The notes below the pieces were generated by a model. That model was not told where the DNA came from and ran no database searches. It worked only from the letters and a program-made list of their open reading frames with translations. 43,178 bases of DNA. Origin: Bacteroidales bacterium (GTDB lineage Bacteria; Bacteroidota; Bacteroidia; Bacteroidales; Muribaculaceae). The first letter of the stretch is position 1, and every line of letters starts with the position of its first letter. The DNA lies in contig CAAFXX010000387.1 in the NCBI GenBank assembly GCA_900767075.1, positions 1 through 43,178 of the forward strand, in the 5' to 3' direction. The position numbers and the translations under genes were made by a program. Shown here in pieces: positions 10,601 to 18,458 of the stretch.

Positions 10601-11414
10601 TCCTTCCGGACGTATAAACCGCGGCGACATCGTCTTCCCCATGGACAGGAACGATAACGATTACATGTTCAGCGGCGAGAACAGCGACACATGGCTTGAT
10701 GTCGTTCGCAAGGAAATGGCATCGCCTGCCGACGCAGAAATCGCTTTCTCATCGGCATACGACAGGAATGCCAATGCCGCCAACGTGTCGGCGACCGTAC
10801 GCAGTGCCCTCAATATAGCCAATTCCCCCCTCAATGTCTTCGCAGTTGTGGTTGAGGACGGTCTTGAGACCTGGCAGCAGAGCAATGTATATCCTTACGA
10901 TGATCCTGACCTCGGTGATTTCGGAAAGGATGGGGCTTACGGCAGCGCATTCATCATGAATCTTATTGTCAACGACATCGCACGCACAGCCTATGGCCTT
11001 ACGTTCAACGGCACCGGAGGCCTTATACCCTCCACTATGAAAGCGGGCGAAAGCTACAGCACATCTTTCAGCATTCCTCTGCCCGAAACCGTGAAGGACG
11101 CCGATAAATGCAAGGTTATAGTCATGCTTATCGATCCCGGAACGGGCCGTGTGATCAATGCCAACCGATGCCCTATCAACGGTCAGACCTCTTCGGTATC
11201 CGATATCGAGATGTCGGGAGCCAAGCCTGAGATTAAAACCGAAGGCGGCAACATCCTCGCTCACGGATGCGCAATCAGCGCTTATGCACTCGACGGCACA
11301 ATGCTCGGTTACTCTTCTACGGGCTCCCTCAGCCTCAATGGCTACGAAGGTGTGGTAATCGTTAAGGCTACCGCAGCCGACGGCGCATCGACCACAGCAA
11401 AGGTGGTTATGTAA
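7680..11414 (+). CDS. Large T9SS-secreted multidomain protein: beta-propeller-like, Ig-like x2, cleaved-adhesin/choice-of-anchor-J-like, Omp28 thioredoxin-like and CTD
   Basis: Signal peptide MKRIHLIL..ATA; SDNG/TPDG propeller-type repeats; P.D/NG..V..TF Ig-like repeats; DDWMSTPQL...FAGKDVYIAF..IIDNI; EEFSGRECPNCP; C-terminal AYALDG..GVVIVK..KVVM. Confidence 0.8.
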   Translation: MKRIHLILASITALFAASATAADVEPPRITDLHGLYHKLSDNGKWAVSEKGSETDGSIEPSGGTLINLETMTTIDLPAADGVARVGDVTDNGSVVGMHAFKPAFWSSAEGWVELPTPKGFRSGYLSSVTPDGKLAVGYVTDDTNIYQDSPVLYDLEKRVAVDMPNLPTLDMNHENMHQMRAVEISSDGRYILCNMSFSYVMPTHLCSFVYDRENSSYKMIGFTEDDKNPWKPDVENVLYVDSPCMSTNGQWIGGSAYIVEPAQGSEFGNEYTAAFRYEVATGKFEVFSKAGESDHMGCLILNDGTLITGNPAVNPYRFANIRYGDYYIPLENILRQIYGINFEATTGFQNTGTAYYASADGLTMIFGPNPENSYVIRFNEPVADAASKVNLLSSYTVNPPQNSIMTRLGSFTITFDRDVEINGSASAIKCLKEDGTDTGWTPLSSGGWIADGHRVTLAYRGRDLEEGQKYTITIPEGRIRIKGDNRKVSPEIKISFTGRANEPVKITAANPEDGASVAGFDLTTNPLLLTFNANLKLTEGAKGYLWRTGEDSPFCDMTLLCANNQMLAYPISAQHLYNGTEYKVVIPAGSVTDISGAGANEEITLTYKGSYVRVLSPDDKYIFKSDCSDLDDFIFYDGDKLQPANSIAAMGFTKDTPWWFVRESETSTDMALAAHSMFANGGTSDDWMSTPQLFIPDADCYLTFDAQSYLNSKTDYLKVYVYANSDVYNTFNKSIVDKILAEGTLVFNDRLSPGSSEENLSGDWRNVNIPLGDFAGKDVYIAFVNNNTDGSMVIIDNINVIHDLRFLTTFLHNDRVVAKESADIQGVITITSEIDRYKNISLVLKDGEGKELDRIEETGIDLAKGSTYPFTFGHQLPLTIGEATPYSVEITLDDYKSTVNGTIRCLSFQPAKNVVLEEFSGRECPNCPLGIIAAENLEKIYGDAVIPIVLRTYQSDPLGNGMGSYTSFLGLSAAPSGRINRGDIVFPMDRNDNDYMFSGENSDTWLDVVRKEMASPADAEIAFSSAYDRNANAANVSATVRSALNIANSPLNVFAVVVEDGLETWQQSNVYPYDDPDLGDFGKDGAYGSAFIMNLIVNDIARTAYGLTFNGTGGLIPSTMKAGESYSTSFSIPLPETVKDADKCKVIVMLIDPGTGRVINANRCPINGQTSSVSDIEMSGAKPEIKTEGGNILAHGCAISAYALDGTMLGYSSTGSLSLNGYEGVVIVKATAADGASTTAKVVM

Positions 11415-11471
11415 TGACAGTCCGTCGAGAAGGCTCAATCCTTAAAAGGAAATTTTCATTATACCCAGATA

Positions 11472-11502
11472 TCCCTGGCGGCGCCGGCAACGCCGCCGGG
11501 GA
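11472..11502. other. Strong GC stem-loop between two co-oriented cargo genes, with no U-tail
   Basis: TCCCTGGCGGCG-ccggcaa-CGCCGCCGGGGA, 12-bp stem with one G-T pair. Confidence 0.6.
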
Positions 11503-11542
11503 ACCAAAAACAAATATTTATTATTAACTAACTTTACAGCAA

Positions 11543-14500
11543 ATGAGAAAACTATTTACAGACGGGTTCGGGCTCTATACCGGATTCCTGCTTCTCGTTG
11601 CCCTGATCATCTGCGGCTCGGCTTCTGCCAAAGCAGCCGAGACTGTAGATTTAGGAGTAATCGAGTTCGGGAAGAAATATGACCTTCCCCAATTTCAGGA
11701 CGTCATCGGGACAATCGTCATCCCTGCCGACGCTCCGACAAATAAGAAAGGCAAGGTTACCTTGAAACAAGAACGAGGCAACGAACTTTACCTTTATTCC
11801 GATCAGGCACATACAAAAAGAATTCAGGATAACCGTGGCTTTAATGACGGAGACGGTGTTTTCCGCTCATATTATGAACTTGAGAAAGGCACGACCTATT
11901 ATCTTGCAGGAGATTTCATAATGTCATCGACTGAAGTAACCTATTATCTTGTAGGTCAGACTGCCGAGCCGCTGACAATACTTACGATGTCGCATGACAA
12001 CAACAGCACCTGGGGACTTACTTCTTCCAAAAAGAACCTCACGATCAAGTTCAATCAGGATGTCGAGATTCCGGCAACAGGACATATCCTCGAATACCTC
12101 GACCGCACAAGCGACCTCACGGTTCAGTCTACAGTCGATGTAACATATAATAAATCGAAAAACGAATTCAACGTCTACGACAAACTCGCAGAACTGATAA
12201 CCGCAGGCGTACTGCTGCCCGGTAACGAATTCACCCTTACCCTCGCCGGCATCAAGTCTCTATCCGGTGCGGCTCCCGAGGAAGCGGATGCCGACGGTAA
12301 TCTCGTATTCACCTATAAGGTTGGTTCAGAGCCTATGGTAAAGGTCAGCGAGAAAATCCCCGCCACATTCCTCTCCTATTTTGCTCCCGGCAATCCGGAG
12401 GGTCAGGTATCACTGACATTCAAGAGCGGAGCCTCAGCGTTCCCCAATATACCCTACAGACTCGGAGAATCCGAAAATACAAAATTTGTCATCGGATACG
12501 GCAACGTCGAAGAAGACGGCAAGTATTACTATAAAGAGCTGCCTGTCAAGATTTCAGAAGACGGCCTTACCATCACCGCCGACCTTTCAGGTGAAATCCG
12601 CACGATTGCGGCGATGTTCCCCACATATCCCGATCTCGAGCCGGAAGGTCAGGTCACACTCGGACTTCTCCATGTAGTCGACCAATATGGCAACCCGGTG
12701 AAAGCCGACAGCGAGCTTAACATCGGCTCTTTCTATTGGGGCATCCCCTACAAGGAGATTAAGCGGGCCAATATTTCAGCTGAATTCAGCCCCTCCAACG
12801 GCAGCACGCTCGAAGGCGTCGACAAAATCGAGGTATATCTCACTCCTATCGACCAATTCTCGTTCACAGGTTTCAAGGTTTCATATAAGGATGGCGACGA
12901 AACCAAGAGCGTGGTTATAACGAAAGGCGACTGCACCGTTTCGGACCAGAATGCAACAGAGGCAACCTATACATTTGCCGTTCCTGCTGAAGTGAAGGGC
13001 AAGAAGAACATAACCGTCACTCTCGACGGACTCGTATGCGAGGACGGCTATGACCACACCACCGATGTGATGGCAACCTACGATGCATTCGTCATCACTT
13101 ATTCAGACCCGACCAATAACTCTGAGCTCAAAGCTCTGGCTGACGGTCAGGTAATCATGATCGAGACCAACTATTCGGAGAAATATCCCGAGATGTACAT
13201 CATGTATCAGATCGAGGACATGAACCCAAAGAACCCCGATCAGGCAATGGTCAAATCCGAGAGCTGGATGACCCGTCAGGACGACGGCTCCTACACCGCT
13301 GCAATTCCACGCGAGCTCACCCTCTTCTCCGGCCACACATATCATGTGGAATTCACGGCATGGGAAAATGAAATGGCTAAAAATTACAAAGAGGCACCCG
13401 TCGGCGAGGCTTATATAACACTGCTGGGTCAGACTGCCCCCTATGTTCCCAGCGATCTCTCTCTTGTAAGCATTACCCCTGCCGAGAACACCACCCTCAC
13501 GGCAGAACAGCGTGAATTTACCCTCACCTTCGACGGCATGGTAAATCTTGATCCTTCAACGACCTTCATTCTTCTGGGTCAGGGCATGACAACGGAATTC
13601 GAATCTATTGTGCCGGTTGATCCCGAAGAACAGGAGGGAAAGAATTATTCTCCCGAATGGAAACTCACGGTTTCCGAATCATTCATGAGCTCACTTACCG
13701 CATCGCTGATGTTCTCGGTAGTCGCCACCGACATGGAGGGGCGCCGCGTACAGGGAAATCTTGGAGAAGACGATCAGTCCTACTTCCTGTTTGAATACGA
13801 AGTCGCATCCCAGTATGCCGAGTATGAGCTTAAGGCAGTAGGCGAAGAACCTCTCGCTAAAGTGAAGGAATTCACTGCTTCAAACGATCGCGGCATCAAC
13901 TATTCGTATTATCTGCCTTATAACGCCGCTTATGTGGTGAACAAGGAGCGCGCCATCGTTGCCTATGTCGAGAATGTGATACTTCCGGAAGTCGGAGACG
14001 ACGAAAAACGGGCTAACTGCACTCTCGTCCTCGATAAGGAGATAACCGAAGCCGGTGAGTATTCCCTCATAGTTCCCAAGGATTATTTCATTATCGGCGA
14101 ACAGTTCGATTCGCAGAATTCAGCGGAAATGAGCTATGAGTTCACGGTATTCGGTGGAGCCGTAGCATTCAACGTGGCATTCACGCCTCAGGAAGGAAAC
14201 GTCACATCGCTTCCCAAAGAGATTTTGATGATGTTCCGCGACTATACAACCTTCGGACTTGGCAGCGGCCACGGCACGCTGGTCATTGACGGCGGCGAAC
14301 CCATCGTTCTTCCAGACGTCGCATATTCAGATGACGCTGAAAATATTGGCATCATAACTCTGCCGCAGGAATACACCGAAGCCGGCACATATACCGTAAC
14401 ATTCCCCGCCGGATGTTTCAATCTTGGCGACAATGGCGAGACTTCACCTGAATTCAGCGCCACATGGACCATCCTGGGAGCAGAGCAGTTCAACGTCACC

Positions 14501-14947
14501 ACAGACCCGGCACAGGGCAACGTGACTTCACTCAAGGAGATCCTCATCACATTCATGGATTATTCGGAGGCAGCGTTGTCGTCCGGCAAAGCCACACTTA
14601 CCATAAATGGAGGCACTCCCGTCAATCTTCCGGATGCAGGAGTCGGAGCCGGCTGGAACCAGATGATCCAGTATCTCGACCAAGAATATACGGCAGACGG
14701 CACTTATGTCATCACCTTCCCCGCCGGCTACTTCAATCTTGATTCCGAAACATCGCCTGAATTCTCCCTCACATATACAATCGGCGATCCGTCGGCTGTA
14801 ACAGGAATCCAGATTGCCGACGACGGACGTTACCACGTCTACACAATCGACGGCGTAGAGGCACTCGACACAGACAACGCTGCGGATCTCCGCTCGCTCG
14901 CACCGGGTCTCTATATCATCAACAACGTCAAGATCTGCATAAAATAA
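11543..14947 (+). CDS. Large acidic T9SS-secreted protein made of tandem Ig-like domains
   Basis: Signal peptide; repeated 'P..G..L/V..I...F' and 'GTY.V.FPAG.F' Ig-like modules; CTD (VYTIDG..LAPGLYIINNVKICIK). Confidence 0.8.
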   Translation: MRKLFTDGFGLYTGFLLLVALIICGSASAKAAETVDLGVIEFGKKYDLPQFQDVIGTIVIPADAPTNKKGKVTLKQERGNELYLYSDQAHTKRIQDNRGFNDGDGVFRSYYELEKGTTYYLAGDFIMSSTEVTYYLVGQTAEPLTILTMSHDNNSTWGLTSSKKNLTIKFNQDVEIPATGHILEYLDRTSDLTVQSTVDVTYNKSKNEFNVYDKLAELITAGVLLPGNEFTLTLAGIKSLSGAAPEEADADGNLVFTYKVGSEPMVKVSEKIPATFLSYFAPGNPEGQVSLTFKSGASAFPNIPYRLGESENTKFVIGYGNVEEDGKYYYKELPVKISEDGLTITADLSGEIRTIAAMFPTYPDLEPEGQVTLGLLHVVDQYGNPVKADSELNIGSFYWGIPYKEIKRANISAEFSPSNGSTLEGVDKIEVYLTPIDQFSFTGFKVSYKDGDETKSVVITKGDCTVSDQNATEATYTFAVPAEVKGKKNITVTLDGLVCEDGYDHTTDVMATYDAFVITYSDPTNNSELKALADGQVIMIETNYSEKYPEMYIMYQIEDMNPKNPDQAMVKSESWMTRQDDGSYTAAIPRELTLFSGHTYHVEFTAWENEMAKNYKEAPVGEAYITLLGQTAPYVPSDLSLVSITPAENTTLTAEQREFTLTFDGMVNLDPSTTFILLGQGMTTEFESIVPVDPEEQEGKNYSPEWKLTVSESFMSSLTASLMFSVVATDMEGRRVQGNLGEDDQSYFLFEYEVASQYAEYELKAVGEEPLAKVKEFTASNDRGINYSYYLPYNAAYVVNKERAIVAYVENVILPEVGDDEKRANCTLVLDKEITEAGEYSLIVPKDYFIIGEQFDSQNSAEMSYEFTVFGGAVAFNVAFTPQEGNVTSLPKEILMMFRDYTTFGLGSGHGTLVIDGGEPIVLPDVAYSDDAENIGIITLPQEYTEAGTYTVTFPAGCFNLGDNGETSPEFSATWTILGAEQFNVTTDPAQGNVTSLKEILITFMDYSEAALSSGKATLTINGGTPVNLPDAGVGAGWNQMIQYLDQEYTADGTYVITFPAGYFNLDSETSPEFSLTYTIGDPSAVTGIQIADDGRYHVYTIDGVEALDTDNAADLRSLAPGLYIINNVKICIK

Positions 14948-14962
14948 CCTTCCTCCTTATAC

Positions 14963-15000
14963 AAAAAAAGACGCGGACGTCAATCGCCCGCGTTTTTTTT
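14963..15000. terminator. Bidirectional intrinsic terminator
   Basis: A7-GACGCGGACG / CGCCCGCG-T8 between convergent genes. Confidence 0.85.
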
Positions 15001-15038
15001 ATTCCCCATGACCAACGGCAAGACACTCCCTGACGGCT

Positions 15039-15077
15039 TAAAGAAGCGCGCCCGCCTCAAGGAATTGAAGCGGGCGC
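15039..15077 (-). terminator. Terminator of xylA
   Basis: GCGCCCGC.TCAA / TTGA.GCGGGCGC stem followed on the minus strand by GCTTCTTT. Confidence 0.7.
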
Positions 15078-15100
15078 ATATCGTTTTACAGGGGCGTTAA

Positions 15101-16420
15101 TCAGCAATACATATTGATGATAGCCTCGTAAAGTTCCTGTTTGCCGGAAGTCTGAGCGGGTTCGCCCTGAGTCTTGGCGTAGGCGACAACGTCCTCAAGG
15201 CTAAGGGCTCCATCCTCGAATTTCTTGCCCTCGCCGGAATTGAAGCTTGCATAACGGTCGGCGAGCATCTGCCTGTAAGGAGATTTCTCAAGCACTTCGG
15301 CTGCGCAGAGAAGGGCGCGTGCCATGGCATCCATACCGGCGATGTGGGCGATGAAGATATCCTCGAGATCGGTCGAATTACGGCGTGTCTTGGCGTCGAA
15401 GTTAGTGCCGCCGTTGCCGAGGCCGCCGTTGCGGATAATCTGCATCATTGCCTGTGTCAGCTCATAGTTGTCGATCGGGAACTGATCGGTGTCCCAGCCG
15501 TTCTGATAGTCGCCTCGGTTGGCGTCGATAGAACCGAGCATGCCGTTGTCGACAGCCACGCAGAGCTCGTGCTCGAAAGTGTGTCCTGCCAGGGTGGCAT
15601 GGTTTACCTCGATGTTAACCTTGAAATCCTTGTCGAGATCATGGGCCTTGAGGAAGCCTATCACAGTCTCTGTGTCGACGTCGTACTGATGCTTGGAAGG
15701 CTCCATGGGCTTGGGTTCGATGAGGAACGTACCCTTGAATCCGTTGGCACGTGCATAGTCGCGGGCGATGGTCAGCATAGTTGCAAGATGTTCTTTCTCG
15801 CGCTTCTGGTCAGTGTTGAGAAGGCTCATATAGCCCTCGCGGCCGCCCCAGAACACATAGTTTGTACCGCCGAGGGCGATTGTAGCGTCGATGGCGTTCT
15901 TGATCTGAACGGCAGCGCGTGCCACAACGTCGAAATCGGGGTTCGTGGCGGCGCCGTTCATATAGCGGGCGTTGCCGAATACGTTTGCGGTGCCCCAGAG
16001 GTTCTTGATGCCCGTAGCCGCCATCTTCTCCTTGAGATAAGCCGTGATCTCATGCATGCGAGCCTCATAATCGGCGATATCCTCGCCGAGGTCACCCACG
16101 AGGTCGGTGTCATGGAAGCAGAAATACTCGATGCCGAGCTTCTGCATGATCTCGAAGCCAGCGTCTGCCTTCTGCTTTGCAATCGTCATTGCATCGGGGC
16201 CGTCGTTCCAGGGGAACTTCTTTGTGCCGCCGCCGAACTGGTCGCCGCCTTCAGCGCAAAGTGTGTGCCACCATGCCATCGCGAACTTGAGCCATTCTTT
16301 CATCGGTTTGCCGAGCACTACGCGCTCTGCATCATAATAACGGTATGCCATGGGATTATAGCTGCCGGTGCCTTCGAATTTGATTTTTCCTACGTTAGGA
16401 AAATATTCCTTTACTGCCAT
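15101..16420 (-). CDS. xylA: Xylose isomerase (class II)
   Basis: FAMAWWHT, FCFHD, WGGREGY, IEPKPMEP, NIEVNHATLAGH and GWDTDQF motifs. Confidence 0.98.
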   Translation of the reverse strand: MAVKEYFPNVGKIKFEGTGSYNPMAYRYYDAERVVLGKPMKEWLKFAMAWWHTLCAEGGDQFGGGTKKFPWNDGPDAMTIAKQKADAGFEIMQKLGIEYFCFHDTDLVGDLGEDIADYEARMHEITAYLKEKMAATGIKNLWGTANVFGNARYMNGAATNPDFDVVARAAVQIKNAIDATIALGGTNYVFWGGREGYMSLLNTDQKREKEHLATMLTIARDYARANGFKGTFLIEPKPMEPSKHQYDVDTETVIGFLKAHDLDKDFKVNIEVNHATLAGHTFEHELCVAVDNGMLGSIDANRGDYQNGWDTDQFPIDNYELTQAMMQIIRNGGLGNGGTNFDAKTRRNSTDLEDIFIAHIAGMDAMARALLCAAEVLEKSPYRQMLADRYASFNSGEGKKFEDGALSLEDVVAYAKTQGEPAQTSGKQELYEAIINMYC

Positions 16421-16495
16421 AATAATATTTTTAGGTTTTAAAGTTCGTTCTTATTGTGATTTTTCATAATTAATCAAGTTGCCGCAACCGTCGGG

Positions 16496-17980
16496 TCAAT
16501 CACCGAGCTCGCTGAGCAGGGTTTCCTTCCAGCGGGCGTAAGCCTCGAGATAAGGAGTGCGGTCTGCCGCCGGTGCAATTTCAGAAATGGTCTTCAGGGA
16601 AGCGAACGCCTCCTTGTTGTCCTTATAATAACCGAGACCGATGCCTGCGCCTTTTGCCGCGCCCACGGCTCCATCGGTATCGACAAGCCTGATCGTGGCT
16701 CCCGAGACTCCGGCGAGCGTGTCACGGAAAATAGGACTCAGGAACATGTTTGCATGACCGGCATGAATGGTGTCGATGCGCATTCCCATCTCCTTCATGA
16801 TCTCCATGCCGTAATAGAACGAGAATACGATTCCCTCCTGCTCGGCGCGGATTATATGGTCGCGGTTATGTATGTTGAAGTTTATGCCGTGGAACGAGCA
16901 GCCGATCTGACGGTTCTCAAGCACACGCTCGGCGCCGTTGCCGAAAGGAAGCACCGTCACGCCGGCGCTTCCGACAGGAGCTTTGGCGGCAAGTTCGTTC
17001 ATTTCTGCATAGGAAACTCCCGGACAGATATTGCGGTGTACCCAGGAATTGAGTATTCCGGTACCGCTGATACAGGTCATCACGCCGATACGTGGAGCCT
17101 CGGCGGTATGATTCACATGGGCGAAATTATTGACGCGTGAACGGGGGTCATAGTCAACAGTTCCGTTTATACCGTATACGACACCCGACGTGCCTGCCGT
17201 CGATGCGACCTCTCCCGGTTCGAATACGTTAAGCGACAATGCGTTGTTAGGCTGGTCGCCCGCACGGTATGTGACAGGTGTGCCCTCCGCGAGGCCGAAA
17301 GCCTCGGCGGCTTCACGGGTGAGATGACCTTGGTCGGAAAAGGTGGGCTTGATCTCGGGGAGCATCGAGAGGTCAAATCCGAAATAATCCATCATGAATG
17401 CGGCCGGACCGTTCTCCTTGAAATCCCAGAGCATATATTCCGAAAGACCCTCGGGATTGGTGCAGATCTCGCCGGTGAGGCGCATGGCGAGATAATCGCC
17501 AGGGAGCATTATTTTCCATATACGGGCAAACAGCTCCGGCTCGTTTTCCTTCATCCATGCCAGCTTCGTGGCGGTGAAGTTGCCGGGCTGATTGAGCAGA
17601 TGAGGCAGGCACTTTTCGGCGCCGACCTCGGCAAGAGCCTTCTCGCCGTATGGCACGCCGCGTGAGTCGCACCAGATGATGGCGTCGCGGATCACGCGAC
17701 GGTCGCGGTCGATCGCCACAAGACCATGCATCTGATAGCTGATGCCGATAGCCTTGACATCGGAGGGAGCGAGACCCGATTTAGCCATACATGACTCAAC
17801 CGCAAGACGCGCATATTCAACCCAGCTTTCTGGATCCTGCTCCGCCCATCCGGGTTTCAGAGCCTTGATAGGTGCTTCGCTTTTAGGGAAGAAATCCGAT
17901 GCCACGCATTTGCCGCTCTCGGCTTCGACCAATGCAGCTTTAACCGAAGAGCTGCCGACGTCCAATCCTAATAAATACAT
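16496..17980 (-). CDS. xylB: Xylulokinase (FGGY family)
   Basis: LGLDVGSSSVK, WAEQDP, QMHG, IIWCD and GDQ motifs; upstream of xylA. Confidence 0.95.
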   Translation of the reverse strand: MYLLGLDVGSSSVKAALVEAESGKCVASDFFPKSEAPIKALKPGWAEQDPESWVEYARLAVESCMAKSGLAPSDVKAIGISYQMHGLVAIDRDRRVIRDAIIWCDSRGVPYGEKALAEVGAEKCLPHLLNQPGNFTATKLAWMKENEPELFARIWKIMLPGDYLAMRLTGEICTNPEGLSEYMLWDFKENGPAAFMMDYFGFDLSMLPEIKPTFSDQGHLTREAAEAFGLAEGTPVTYRAGDQPNNALSLNVFEPGEVASTAGTSGVVYGINGTVDYDPRSRVNNFAHVNHTAEAPRIGVMTCISGTGILNSWVHRNICPGVSYAEMNELAAKAPVGSAGVTVLPFGNGAERVLENRQIGCSFHGINFNIHNRDHIIRAEQEGIVFSFYYGMEIMKEMGMRIDTIHAGHANMFLSPIFRDTLAGVSGATIRLVDTDGAVGAAKGAGIGLGYYKDNKEAFASLKTISEIAPAADRTPYLEAYARWKETLLSELGD

Positions 17981-18118
17981 AGATTTCAGGTTAATTAGCC
18001 TTTTTTCGTATCGGAATCATTTGTCCGGTTCCGGCTGAATACAATTTCAAACGTTATTGCCATTGTAAAATGGCTGGCATTCCCCCGGACACCGACGCGA
18101 TTTACTTTCTTGTCAATG

Positions 18119-18126
18119 CAAAGGTA
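18119..18126 (-). promoter_or_regulatory. -7 promoter element (TACCTTTG) of xylBA
   Basis: CAAAGGTA on + strand; lacks a canonical -33 element. Confidence 0.7.
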
Positions 18127-18157
18127 ACAAATATTTTCATCTCTCGGCCACCCAAAA

Positions 18158-18200
18158 GGTGGAATTTGCCGTCATTCCCTAAAATGTGACAAATTCCACC
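18158..18200. promoter_or_regulatory. 11-bp perfect inverted repeat, candidate operator upstream of the xylBA promoter
   Basis: GGTGGAATTTG (18158-18168) - 21 nt - CAAATTCCACC (18190-18200). Confidence 0.55.
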
Positions 18201-18327
18201 ATATTTTGCAACAAATTATTACTATATCCAAATCCCGTGCAAAGTGGTTCATATCTCTGTCGTCCCCCTTTAAGGCTGCGGTCCGATTGGTTCCCATAAA
18301 CTTTTTTTGACTTTTACAGCCTATGAT

Positions 18328-18358
18328 TTTGCAAGTTGCATTTTTTTAGTTTACTTTG
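18328..18358 (+). promoter_or_regulatory. Promoter of the Omp28-like gene
   Basis: TTTG-N19-TTACTTTG, one mismatch to the -7 consensus. Confidence 0.6.
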
Positions 18359-18458
18359 CATATCTTAGTAACTGATTATCGGTATAGCTACCGAACAAAT
18401 ATTAAGATACAAGTGATATTTTGAGGTAATCTTATCGTGACACTCTAAATCATCTTAT

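Noticed and set aside
15344..16441. 365-aa ORF antisense to xylA
   Set aside because: It is the expected shadow frame of a strongly codon-biased gene and has no recognisable motifs.
18158..18200. Inverted repeat as an invertible (phase-variable) promoter
   Set aside because: Only 21 nt lie between the arms, no promoter sits inside, and no recombinase gene is in the window.
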